Below, one piece after another: positions 14,853 through 23,687 of a DNA stretch of 37,950 nucleotides (its first letter is position 1; every line of letters starts with the position of its first letter). The DNA lies in the IMG/VR virus record IMGVR_UViG_3300024996_000120, positions 1-37,950 of that record; one strand, given 5' to 3'. Source of the DNA: a virus. Its lineage: Duplodnaviria; Caudoviricetes. The position numbers were made by a program, and so were the translations under genes. The notes beneath the pieces are model-generated. The model was not told the DNA's origin. It saw only the letters and a list, made by a program, of their open reading frames with translations, and did no database searches.

Positions 14853-15157
14853 ATGTGGACATGGATAAGGTGCGCCGGGAGTCGATCCGCTGGACGATCC
14901 TGCTGACGCTGAACAAAGGCCGTCCGTTCCCGTTGTACGAGGAACGAGTACTCGACGTGGTCCAGGCGATCTACGCGGACTCTACCGCTCTGGAATTGCG
15001 CCGCGAGCTGGACTACCTGGACGATCGCAAGCTGGTCGGCGTGGTCAAGGAGCCGGGCGGCCGCTGGCGCGCCGAGCTCACGCACTACGGTGTCGACGTG
15101 GCCGAATACACCGTTGATTGCCTACCCGGCATCGCGCGTCCGGCCAAGTACTGGTGA
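14849..15157 (+). CDS. Mu gp26-like protein
   Basis: RRESIRWTILLTL...ELRRELDYLDDRKLV...ELTHYGVDVAEY...PGIARP. Confidence 0.8.
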   Translation: MNVDMDKVRRESIRWTILLTLNKGRPFPLYEERVLDVVQAIYADSTALELRRELDYLDDRKLVGVVKEPGGRWRAELTHYGVDVAEYTVDCLPGIARPAKYW

Positions 15158-15163
15158 GCCGCC

Positions 15164-15709
15164 ATGCCACGCCGTAGCAAGATCGAGCAGCAGCCGGACG
15201 ATGTCCGCGCGAAGATCGACCGCATGCTGATCAAAGCCGGCTTCGCCGGCTACGACTGGCTGGTGGAGCGCATCCGCAATGAGCTGGGCGCCGACGTCGG
15301 CGGCAGCTCCGGCCTACAGCGTTACGGCAGCAGGCTGCAGCGCAAGCTGGATGCCATCCAGGCCAGTAGCCACGCCGCGCGCCTCATCACTGAGGCCGCT
15401 CCCGACGAGGCTGACTCGCGCAGCAATGCCAATATCAGCCTGCTTCAGTCGGAGATCTTCGAGACCATGTTGGCGTTGCAGGACGCGACCGATGAAGACG
15501 ATCCCAAGAAACGCCTGGCGCTCCTGGGCTACGCCGCCAAGGCGATCGCGCCGCTCACGCGCGCCAGCATCGCCCGCAACAAGTGGGCCGCTGAGGTGCA
15601 GACCAAGCTGGACAAGGCCACAGCCGAGATCAAGCAGATCGCCGCCGGCGCCGGCATCAGCCAAGAGACGATGGCGGCCATCGACGCACGCCTGCAGGGC
15701 ATTGTGTGA
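15164..15709 (+). CDS. Mu gp27-like (DUF3486) putative terminase small subunit
   Basis: MPRRSKIEQQPDDVR...SSGLQRYG; directly upstream of the large terminase. Confidence 0.82.
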   Translation: MPRRSKIEQQPDDVRAKIDRMLIKAGFAGYDWLVERIRNELGADVGGSSGLQRYGSRLQRKLDAIQASSHAARLITEAAPDEADSRSNANISLLQSEIFETMLALQDATDEDDPKKRLALLGYAAKAIAPLTRASIARNKWAAEVQTKLDKATAEIKQIAAGAGISQETMAAIDARLQGIV

Positions 15710-17151
15710 TGGGCAACGCGCGCTGCATTCCGGCCGATCGCAAGGCCACCTTCCTGCCGTTCCAGAGCCGCTGGATCAACGACACCAGTCGCCTGAAGCT
15801 CGGCGAGAAGAGCCGGCAGATCGGCTGGAGCTGGACCAGCGCCTATGCCTGCGTGCGTCGTACCGGACTGGCGGGCGCCAAGAACGACCAATGGGTGTCC
15901 AGCCGCGACGACCTGCAGGCGCGCCTGTTCGTGGAGGACTGCAAGCTGTTCGCCGGCGTGGTGCAGCTGGCCGCACAAGACCTCGGCGAGCAGGTCGTGG
16001 ACGCCGGCGCGAAGCAAAACGCGTACGTGTTGCAGTTCGCCAACGGCCGGCGCATCCACAGCATGTCGAGCAACCCCGACGCGCAGGCCGGCAAGCGCGG
16101 CGGCCGCGTGCTGGACGAGTTCGCGCTGCACCCCGATCCGCGCAAGCTGTGGTCCATCGCGTATCCCGGTATCACCTGGGGCGGCGCGCTGGAGCTGATC
16201 AGCACGCACCGCGGCAGCCACAACTTCTTCAACCAACTGGTGCGCGAGATCAAGGAGGCCGGCAATCCCAAAGGCATCAGCTTGCACACCGTGACGCTGC
16301 AGGATGCGCTGGAGCAAGGCCTGCTCTACAAGCTGCAGGAGAAGTTGCCAGCCGACGACGCGCGCCAGGAGATGGACGAGGCCGCCTACTTCGATTTCGT
16401 GCGCGCCGGCTGCGCGGACGAGGAATCGTTCCAGCAGGAGTACATGTGCCGTCCGGCCGACGATGACGTGGCGTTCCTGGAATATGACCTCATCGCCGCC
16501 TGCGAGTACGTCCAGGGCGTGCTGTGGCAGCAGCTGGAGGGCCGCGAGCTGTATGTCGGCATCGACATTGGCCGCAAGAAAGACCTCACGGTGCTGTGGG
16601 TGGTCGAGCGCCTGGGCGAGGTGTACTACACGCGCCACATCGAGACGTTGCGCAACATGCCCAAGCCCGAGCAGGAGGCCATCCTGTGGCCGTGGATTGC
16701 ACGGGCTCGGCGTACCTGCATCGACGGCACCGGCCTCGGCATCGGCTGGGTGGATGACGCGCAGCGGCGCTTCGGCGAGACCCGCGTGGAAGGCATCACC
16801 TTCACCCCCAAGGTCAAGGAGGCATTGGCTTACCCGGTGCGCGGGCGCATGCAGGACCGCACGCTGCGCATCCCGTACGATCCGGACATCCGGGCTGATC
16901 TGCGCTCGGTGACCAAACAGACGACCGCCGCCGGCAACATCCGCTTCACCGCCGAGCGCACACCGGACGGCCACGCCGATCGCTTCTGGGCGCTGGCGCT
17001 GGCGCTGCATGCCGGCAGCTCGCCGACCGCGCCCATCGACTACCAGTCAGCCGGATCGCGCACCGTGTCCGACGTCATCGGCCGCGGCTTCGGCGATACC
17101 GGCTTCGGCACAGTGCCGGGCGGCAATGACTTCGGAGGCTTCGGCTCATGA
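15709..17151 (+). CDS. terL: terminase large subunit (Mu gp28-like)
   Basis: EKSRQIGWSW, VLDEFA, FQQEYMC, VGIDIGRKKD and GHADRFWA motifs. Confidence 0.93.
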   Translation: MGNARCIPADRKATFLPFQSRWINDTSRLKLGEKSRQIGWSWTSAYACVRRTGLAGAKNDQWVSSRDDLQARLFVEDCKLFAGVVQLAAQDLGEQVVDAGAKQNAYVLQFANGRRIHSMSSNPDAQAGKRGGRVLDEFALHPDPRKLWSIAYPGITWGGALELISTHRGSHNFFNQLVREIKEAGNPKGISLHTVTLQDALEQGLLYKLQEKLPADDARQEMDEAAYFDFVRAGCADEESFQQEYMCRPADDDVAFLEYDLIAACEYVQGVLWQQLEGRELYVGIDIGRKKDLTVLWVVERLGEVYYTRHIETLRNMPKPEQEAILWPWIARARRTCIDGTGLGIGWVDDAQRRFGETRVEGITFTPKVKEALAYPVRGRMQDRTLRIPYDPDIRADLRSVTKQTTAAGNIRFTAERTPDGHADRFWALALALHAGSSPTAPIDYQSAGSRTVSDVIGRGFGDTGFGTVPGGNDFGGFGS

Positions 17152-18638
17152 GCGAAAGCGACCAGGCAAAACCCCAGCTCGATCGCGAGATCGCGACCAC
17201 CGCCGACGGCATCGACATCACCCGCGGCTACACCGGCCCGCTGCTCACGCCGTACGACAGCGTGCTGCGCAACCGCGGCGCGGACCTGACGCTGTACGAA
17301 CAGGTTTACTCCGACCCGGAAGTGAAGAGCGCTTTCGATCAGCGGCAGCTGGCGGTGGTGAAGTGCGAGTGGCAGGTGGACGCCGGCGGCAAGCGCGCGA
17401 TCGACAAAGCCGCGGCCGACTTCATGCGCGAGCAGCTGAAGGCGATCGGCTGGGACAATGTGACCCGCATGATGCTGTTCGGTGCGTTCTACGGCTACGC
17501 CGTGTCCGAGCTGATCTACGAGGTGCAGGGCAACCGCCTGGGCATCAAGCGGGTGAAGGTGCGCAACCGCCGCCGCTTCCGCTTCGGCAAGGATATGGAC
17601 CTGCGTCTGCTGACGTACGAGCACATGCTCGAGGGCATCCCGGCCGAGGCGCCGTACTTCTGGAGCTTCAGCACCGGCGCGGACAACGATGACGAGCCGT
17701 ACGGCCTCGGGCTGGCGCATTGGCTCTATTGGCCGGTGCTGTTCAAGCGCAACGGCCTCAAGTTCTGGATGATCTTCCTGGAGAAGTTCGGCATGCCCAC
17801 GGCTGTGGGCAAATACGACCCCGACGCCACCGACGGCGAACGCACCAAGCTGTTGCAGGCGATTCGCGCCATCCAGACCGACAGCGGCATCACCATGCCC
17901 AAGGGCATGGAAGTCACGCTGCTGGAAGCCGCGCGCAGCGGCACCGCCGATTACAAGGCGCTGCAGGACGCGATGAACGCGACCATTGCCAAGGTGGTGC
18001 TGGGTCAGACGGCCAGCACCAGCGGCACGCCGGGCAAGCTTGGCAATGACAAGCTGCAGGGCGACGTGCGCGCGGACATCATCAAGGCGGATGCGGACCT
18101 GGTGTGCGAGAGCTGGAACCTGGGCCCAGCGCGGTGGCTCACGCACTGGAACTTCCCCGGTGCGGCGATCCCGCGCGTGTTCCGCGTGACCGAAGAACCC
18201 GAGGATCTGTCCGCGCACGCCGAGCGCGACGGCAAGGTCAAAGCGCTCGGCTACAAGCCCACGCTGGACTACATCACCGCCACCTATGGCGAAGGCTGGG
18301 AGCCCGCGGGAGATCCCCCGCCAATCGGCCCGAACGCGCCGCGCGATCCGAATGCGTCGTCGGGCGCGCAGTTTGCCGAGCCGGCCGCCCCGCAGCCGGA
18401 CCCGCCGGCGCAGATGGTCGACCAGCTCAGCGCCAATGCGGCACCCGCTGCCGGCGCGTGGCTCGACCAGGTGCGCACGCTGGCGGGCCAGGTGGACTCG
18501 CTCGACGCGCTGCGCGATGGGTTGCTGCAGCTGCTGCCTGACATGACGTTGGACCAGTACGCGGTGGCGATGCAGGAAGGGCTGGCCGCGGCGGCGCTGG
18601 CGGGGCGCTACGAGGTGTTGCAGGAGGCCGGCCAGTGA
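17148..18638 (+). CDS. portal protein (Mu gp29, DUF935)
   Basis: FLEKFGMPTAVGKY, AKVVLGQT and DIIKADADLVCES motifs; follows terL. Confidence 0.92.
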   Translation: MSESDQAKPQLDREIATTADGIDITRGYTGPLLTPYDSVLRNRGADLTLYEQVYSDPEVKSAFDQRQLAVVKCEWQVDAGGKRAIDKAAADFMREQLKAIGWDNVTRMMLFGAFYGYAVSELIYEVQGNRLGIKRVKVRNRRRFRFGKDMDLRLLTYEHMLEGIPAEAPYFWSFSTGADNDDEPYGLGLAHWLYWPVLFKRNGLKFWMIFLEKFGMPTAVGKYDPDATDGERTKLLQAIRAIQTDSGITMPKGMEVTLLEAARSGTADYKALQDAMNATIAKVVLGQTASTSGTPGKLGNDKLQGDVRADIIKADADLVCESWNLGPARWLTHWNFPGAAIPRVFRVTEEPEDLSAHAERDGKVKALGYKPTLDYITATYGEGWEPAGDPPPIGPNAPRDPNASSGAQFAEPAAPQPDPPAQMVDQLSANAAPAAGAWLDQVRTLAGQVDSLDALRDGLLQLLPDMTLDQYAVAMQEGLAAAALAGRYEVLQEAGQ

Positions 18639-18775
18639 ACGCGCGACAGCGCCGCGTGAACATCCGTCGGCTTCGCCGTGAGGCGACCCGCCTCGGCCTG
18701 AAGCCATCTGCGTGGGAATGGAACCATGCGGAATTCCTGGGCGAGCTGATCAAGCGCGCGAGTCGTCATGGCTGA
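18635..18775 (+). CDS. small basic hypothetical protein (46 aa, MNARQRRVNIRRLRREATRLGLKPSAWEWNHAEFLGELIKRASRHG), not in ORF track
   Basis: GTG start with CAGGAGG SD, GTGA overlap with the portal stop, ends inside the start of MuF. Confidence 0.6.
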   Translation: MNARQRRVNIRRLRREATRLGLKPSAWEWNHAEFLGELIKRASRHG

Positions 18776-19958
18776 CGGCTCCATCGTCTACGGCTCGCTC
18801 CCGTTCAAGGAGCAGATCGCGTTCTTCCGCGCGAAGCGCAACGTGCTCACCGAGCGCTGGACGGATCTGTGGCAGGAGCAGCACGACTTCGGTTTCATGG
18901 TCGCGGGCGCCAACCGCATCGACCTGCTGGTCGACCTGCGCGCCGCGATCGACCGCGCGATTGCCGACGGCACCGGGTTGCCGGCGTTCCGCCGCGACTT
19001 CGACAAGATTGTGGCGAAGTACGGCTGGCAATACACCGGCGGGCGTAACTGGCGCACGCGCGTCATCTATGAGACAAACCTGCGCACCAGCTACGCCGCC
19101 GGCCGCTACGTGCAGCTGCAGAAGCTGAAGCGGGTGATGCCGTACTGGCGCTACCGGCACAGCGACGCGGTGATGCACCCGCGGCCGCTGCACCTGTCCT
19201 GGAACAACCTGGTGCTGCTGGCGGACGATCCCTGGTGGACTACGCACTTCTGCCCGAATGGCTGGGGCTGCCAATGCACGATTGAAGCGCTCGATGCGCG
19301 CGGTCTGAAGCGGATGGGCAAGAGCGGCCCGGACCAGGCGCCGCCGGACGACATGCAAGAAGTGATCGTCGGCAAGCGTGGGCCGCACCCGTTCACGGTC
19401 ACCACGCCGGCCGGCGTAGATCCGGGCTTCGGCTACACGCCCGGCCGCGCAGCGTTCGAGCAGCTCACCCAAGGCACGCTGACCAAAGCAGCCAGACTGC
19501 CGGCCGCGCTGGGCGCCGGCGCGCTGCAGCCGGTCATGGACATGCCGCGCGCGCAGGCCGCGATCGACACGGCGTACAGCGCGCTCAAGGCTGCGGTGAA
19601 GGCCGAGCAGCTGGCCGAGGCTGCGGTGATGATCGGCGCGCTCGACCCGGTGATCGTGCGCGCGCTGCAGGCGCTGGGCGTGACGCCCGCGGTCGCGCCG
19701 ATCGCCGCCGGCGACGCTGCACTCACCGCCGCATCGTCCCCCGCGCTGCCGACCGCCTTGCGCAATGCCAGCGCCGTGCTGTTCGATCGACAGACGGGCA
19801 ACCTGCTCTTCGTGAGCAAGGGCACGGTGAGCATCGTACGTCTGGGCGAAGACGCCGATGCGCTGAACACCTACGCCGGCAGCGAGACAGCCAACCTGGC
19901 GGACTTGCGCGCGCGACTGCTGGCCGGCGACCTGCAGCTGGTGAAGGGGAAGCTGTAA
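18768..19958 (+). CDS. MuF / gp30 minor head morphogenesis protein with C-terminal extension
   Basis: LPFKEQIAFFRAK, RTRVIYETNLRTSYAAGRY, PYWRYRH..HPRPLH, DDPWWTTHFCPNGWGCQC. Confidence 0.9.
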   Translation: MADGSIVYGSLPFKEQIAFFRAKRNVLTERWTDLWQEQHDFGFMVAGANRIDLLVDLRAAIDRAIADGTGLPAFRRDFDKIVAKYGWQYTGGRNWRTRVIYETNLRTSYAAGRYVQLQKLKRVMPYWRYRHSDAVMHPRPLHLSWNNLVLLADDPWWTTHFCPNGWGCQCTIEALDARGLKRMGKSGPDQAPPDDMQEVIVGKRGPHPFTVTTPAGVDPGFGYTPGRAAFEQLTQGTLTKAARLPAALGAGALQPVMDMPRAQAAIDTAYSALKAAVKAEQLAEAAVMIGALDPVIVRALQALGVTPAVAPIAAGDAALTAASSPALPTALRNASAVLFDRQTGNLLFVSKGTVSIVRLGEDADALNTYAGSETANLADLRARLLAGDLQLVKGKL

Positions 19959-20407
19959 TGGCCGGCGCGAAGATCCGGCTCGAATACGACGCGACCACGG
20001 CCGAGGCGGCGCTGGACTACGTCGGCGGCAAGCTCGACGGCGAAGGCCGACAGCTGCTTCTGTCGCATATCGGCGAATACATGCTTGGCGCCACGCGCGA
20101 TCGCGGCGCGCGCCAGGTCGATCCGAGCGGGCAACGCTGGCGCGCGTTGGAACCCTCGTACGCGCGGTGGAAGCGCAAGAAGCGTCCAGGCGTGCCGATC
20201 CTCAAGTTCGACAACCACATGCTGGGCGATCAGCTCGCCTGGCAACTTGTCGACGACACCGCGGTGGACATTGGCACCAACGCAATTTATGGCGCTCGTC
20301 AGCAGTTCGTCGGCAAACGCGTATGGCTCGGCACCAGCACGGACGATGACAACGAAATCGTCTCGATCGCACGCGATCATCTGCTCGCTGGTCTGCCCGA
20401 ATCGTGA
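19958..20407 (+). CDS. virion morphogenesis protein (Mu gpG / gp31)
   Basis: IGEYML..DPSGQRWRAL..IGTNAIYGARQQF..RVWLG. Confidence 0.85.
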   Translation: MAGAKIRLEYDATTAEAALDYVGGKLDGEGRQLLLSHIGEYMLGATRDRGARQVDPSGQRWRALEPSYARWKRKKRPGVPILKFDNHMLGDQLAWQLVDDTAVDIGTNAIYGARQQFVGKRVWLGTSTDDDNEIVSIARDHLLAGLPES

Positions 20408-20571
20408 TTCGCCCTGAGAGCGCCTGCGCGGCCCTCAGTACGCCGGCCGGCGTCAGTGTGCGCAGCCGACCCCGCGGAAGTGTCAGACAGCAGTTTGCGG
20501 GCCGCGTGGGCGGCTTATGGGTGCGCCTCCGCTCTTGCACCGCGGCTCGCGCCCGCGCGTAGCCGGTGAAG

Positions 20572-20616
20572 TTGTGAACCGGGGCCAATGACCCCGGCGG
20601 CGGTCATCGCGACGAT
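20572..20616 (+). promoter_or_regulatory. putative Mor/C-activated late promoter for the head operon
   Basis: TTGTGAACcgGGGCCAAtGAC-N18-GACGAT; 18/21 identical to 12824-12844; same position as Mu PI. Confidence 0.65.
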
Positions 20617-20622
20617 GCCTGC

Positions 20623-21765
20623 ATGAAAAACGCCCCCGGCCTTATCGAAATCTTCCGCGCTGGTTCGCATGTCGCCAATGACGGCCGCACGCTGGAGTTC
20701 AGCGCGGCCGACCTGGCACAGATCGCCAGCAACTACGATCCGGCGCTTTCCGAGGCGCCGCTTGTCGTCGGCCACCCGCAGGTGAACGCACCGGCCTATG
20801 GCTGGGCGAAGTCGCTGCACGCTGACGGTGATGTGCTGTACGCCGAGCCCCACCAGGTGGACGCGCAGTTCGCCGAGATGGTCAACAACGGCCGCTTCAA
20901 GAAGCGCAGCGCCTCGATCTACCTGGGCGACACGCCCGGCAACCCCACGCCCGGCAAGCTGTATCTGCGTCACATCGGCTTCCTCGGCGCGGCCGCGCCC
21001 GGCGTGAAGGGGCTGCGCGATGCGCAGTTTGCCGACGGCGGCGCCGCGGCCGAGTTCGCGATGCCGGTGAGCTACCTGGGCCGCAGCCTGGCCGACGTGC
21101 TGAGCCGCGTGCGCGACTGGTTTGTCGAGACGCAGGGCGCCGAGAAAGCCGATCAGATCATTCCGTCCTGGCAGCTGCGTTCGATCGAGGAGTTGTCGAT
21201 CGACACCGACACGAACGCCATCCCCGCACCTGCCTATGCCGCGCCGGCCGACGCCGGCACCACCTTGGAGACCACCATGTCCGCCAGCAACCCGACCGCT
21301 GATTTCGCCGAGCGCGAAGCCGGCCTCAACACCCGCCAGAGCGAAATCGAAGCGCGCGAGAAGGCCATCGCCGATCGCGAGACCGCCGCCCGCCGCACTG
21401 ATGCCGTCAGCTTCGCCGAGCAGCTGGTCACCGACGGCAAGCTGCTGCCGCGTCACAAGGCACCCGTGGTGGAGCTTCTGCTGGCGCTGCCGGCGGACAA
21501 GCCGGTTGAGTTCGCCGAGGGCGACGGCACGGTCAGCAAGCCCGGCGCCGAGGTGCTGCGCGAACTGCTGGGCAGCTTGCCCAAGCAGGTGAACTACGCC
21601 GAGAAGTCCGGCGCCGACAACGCGCCGAATGCGGCGGAGTTCGCCGCGCCGGCCGGCACCACCATCGACGCCGCCCGCGTCGACATCTTCGCCCGCGCCA
21701 AGGCGTACCAGGCGCAGAACCCCAACGTCGACTGGCTCGCCGCCGTGCGTGCGGTCGGCGGCTGA
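20623..21765 (+). CDS. prohead protease/scaffold (Mu gpI-like)
   Basis: IEIFRAGSH, APLVVGHP..APAYGW, FKKRSAS, YLRHIGFLGAAAPGVKGL. Confidence 0.9.
   Translation: MKNAPGLIEIFRAGSHVANDGRTLEFSAADLAQIASNYDPALSEAPLVVGHPQVNAPAYGWAKSLHADGDVLYAEPHQVDAQFAEMVNNGRFKKRSASIYLGDTPGNPTPGKLYLRHIGFLGAAAPGVKGLRDAQFADGGAAAEFAMPVSYLGRSLADVLSRVRDWFVETQGAEKADQIIPSWQLRSIEELSIDTDTNAIPAPAYAAPADAGTTLETTMSASNPTADFAEREAGLNTRQSEIEAREKAIADRETAARRTDAVSFAEQLVTDGKLLPRHKAPVVELLLALPADKPVEFAEGDGTVSKPGAEVLRELLGSLPKQVNYAEKSGADNAPNAAEFAAPAGTTIDAARVDIFARAKAYQAQNPNVDWLAAVRAVGG
21277..21765 (+). CDS. nested in-frame scaffold protein (Mu Z-like)
   Basis: Internal GGAGaccaccATG in frame with the protease, after a Pro/Ala linker; Mu I/Z precedent. 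Confidence 0.6.
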   Translation: MSASNPTADFAEREAGLNTRQSEIEAREKAIADRETAARRTDAVSFAEQLVTDGKLLPRHKAPVVELLLALPADKPVEFAEGDGTVSKPGAEVLRELLGSLPKQVNYAEKSGADNAPNAAEFAAPAGTTIDAARVDIFARAKAYQAQNPNVDWLAAVRAVGG

Positions 21766-21789
21766 TCCCACATTTTCCAGGAGCCGACC

Positions 21790-22131
21790 ATGTCGCAGTC
21801 CCATTCCATCCTCGCGCTGTCGATCGCCGCCGCCGCCGCGATCACGGCCAACACCTTCATCACCGCCGGCGGTGCGGTGGCCACCGCCGCGGGCAACGCG
21901 TTCGGCGTGGCCCGCAGCGACGCCGCCAGCGGCGCACTCGTGCCGGTCGACGTGCTGGGCACGGCCCAGGTGGTCGCCAGTGCGGCCATCGCCAAAGGCG
22001 CCTCGATCGAGGTGGCCGCGGGCGGACAGGCGGTCACCAAGAGCGCCGGCAAGACCGTCGCCATCGCCCTCGAAGCCGCGGCCGGTGCCGGCGCGGTGAT
22101 CGAGGTGTACCTGATCCCGAATGCGGCCTGA
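21790..22131 (+). CDS. capsid cement/decoration protein (DUF2190-like)
   Basis: Ala/Gly/Val-rich 113 aa between scaffold and capsid; AGGAG SD. Confidence 0.8.
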   Translation: MSQSHSILALSIAAAAAITANTFITAGGAVATAAGNAFGVARSDAASGALVPVDVLGTAQVVASAAIAKGASIEVAAGGQAVTKSAGKTVAIALEAAAGAGAVIEVYLIPNAA

Positions 22132-22165
22132 TTCGGCACTCATCACACATCGTTAGGAGAGTTCC

Positions 22166-23110
22166 ATGCCTCAGATGACTTCCGGCCAGGCGCGCATCGT
22201 CGATCCGGTCCTGTCCACCCATGCGCAGGGCTACAAGCAGGCGGGCCTGGTCGCCCAATCGCTGTTCCCCAACGGCAACGTCGGCATGTATGGCGGCAAC
22301 GTCATCCAGTTCGGCAAGGAGGCCTTCCGCCTCTACAACAGCCGGCGCGCGCCGGGCACCACCACCAAGCGCATCCAGTTCGGCTACCAGGGCAAGCCCT
22401 ACTCGATCGTGCCGGGTGCGCTCGAGGCGCCCGTGCCGCGCGAGTTGATGCGCGATGCCAGCAAGGTGCCTGGCATCGACCTGGGCGCCCGCGCGGTGAA
22501 CACCGTGATGCGCGCGCTGTTGCTGGAGCGCGAATACAACTGTGCCCAGCTGGCTCGCACCGCCGGCAATTACGACGCCAACCACAAGCTGGCATTGGCC
22601 GGCACCAGCCGCTGGACGGGCGCCGCCTCCGACCCGAACGCGGACGTGCGCGCGGGCAAGGAAGCGATCCGCTCGACGATCGGCGTCTACCCGAACACCG
22701 CGCTCATCGCGGCCACGGCATTCAGCGCGCTGCAGGAGAACGCCAAGATCCTCGACCGCACGAAGTACACCGGGCGCGATTCGATCACTACCGAGATCCT
22801 CGCGCGTCTGTGGAACATCCAGAACGTCGTGGTTGGCGAGGCGACCGTGGCTGATGCCGCCGATACCTTCGGCGACGTGTGGGGCGATGACGTGATCCTC
22901 GCCTACACGAACGTCAGCGCCGACCCGAACGTGGAGGAGCCGAGCTTCGGCTACACCTACGTGATCGAAGGCCACCCGATGGTCGAGCAGCCGTACTGGG
23001 AGCAGACCTCCAAGAGCTGGATCTACGGCGTCAGCTACGACAACGCGCCCGTGCTCTCGGGCATCACCGCCGGCTTCCTGATCCAGAGCGCCGGCGCGCC
23101 GGCCGCGTAA
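22166..23110 (+). CDS. major capsid protein
   Basis: 314 aa, QARIVDPVLSTHAQGY..FGKEAFRLYNSRRAPG; strong AGGAG SD; position after scaffold and decoration genes. Confidence 0.88.
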   Translation: MPQMTSGQARIVDPVLSTHAQGYKQAGLVAQSLFPNGNVGMYGGNVIQFGKEAFRLYNSRRAPGTTTKRIQFGYQGKPYSIVPGALEAPVPRELMRDASKVPGIDLGARAVNTVMRALLLEREYNCAQLARTAGNYDANHKLALAGTSRWTGAASDPNADVRAGKEAIRSTIGVYPNTALIAATAFSALQENAKILDRTKYTGRDSITTEILARLWNIQNVVVGEATVADAADTFGDVWGDDVILAYTNVSADPNVEEPSFGYTYVIEGHPMVEQPYWEQTSKSWIYGVSYDNAPVLSGITAGFLIQSAGAPAA

Positions 23111-23265
23111 TCGAACAACGCCGGGGAAAGGGAACGCCGCCGTTGATCCAGGCGTGACAGCCGGAGAGCACGGTCACGAATACCACGTGAGCGCATCGCC
23201 AGGTCAGCCTGGCAACAGCAGAGCGGCGCCGGAATTGGCCGGCGCCGCCGCCCCAGGAGAATCGC

Positions 23266-23427
23266 ATGAAGTACCTCGTCACAGGCGCCATCAAGCTGGA
23301 TGGCAAGCCGCTCAAGATCGGCAGCGTTGTGGAGTTCGACGCGGAGGAAGGCGACCGCCTGGTGGCGGGCGGCTACCTGTCCGTCGTGCCGGCCGAAGAG
23401 TCGGCGCCGGCCAAGAAGGCCAAGTAA
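23266..23427 (+). CDS. small virion-associated protein (53 aa, MKYLVTGAIKLDGKPLKIGSVVEFDAEEGDRLVAGGYL...), not in ORF track
   Basis: AGGAG SD, strong codon bias, Mu gp35-like position after the capsid gene. Confidence 0.75.
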   Translation: MKYLVTGAIKLDGKPLKIGSVVEFDAEEGDRLVAGGYLSVVPAEESAPAKKAK

Positions 23428-23429
23428 CC

Positions 23430-23684
23430 ATGAAGCCCTCGATCGGTCGCATCATCATCGTCAAGTGTGCCCAGGCTGCCAGCAACGGCGTCGACCGCGC
23501 ACCGGCGATCATCACCCGCGTATGGGGTGATGGCGATACGAGCATTGGCCCTGTCATGGTCAACGCCACCGCGTTCCCCGACCTGGCCGTACCGCAGGCG
23601 GTCGGCTCCATCAACGTCTACGACACCGAGGCAGACGTGCCCGAAGGTGCGACTTACGCCGCGTTCTGGCCGGAGCGCGTCTGA
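23430..23684 (+). CDS. conserved phage hypothetical protein (MKPSIGRII...PAIITRVW...FWPERV)
   Basis: ATG 2 nt after the previous stop; pattern seen in many phage small proteins (from recall). Confidence 0.7.
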   Translation: MKPSIGRIIIVKCAQAASNGVDRAPAIITRVWGDGDTSIGPVMVNATAFPDLAVPQAVGSINVYDTEADVPEGATYAAFWPERV

Positions 23685-23687
23685 CCC

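Noticed and set aside
20408-20622. Anti-CRISPR/aca locus at the G-to-protease junction, as in D3112-like phages
   Set aside because: Only 215 bp, with no credible ORF or HTH aca gene; it holds just the putative late promoter
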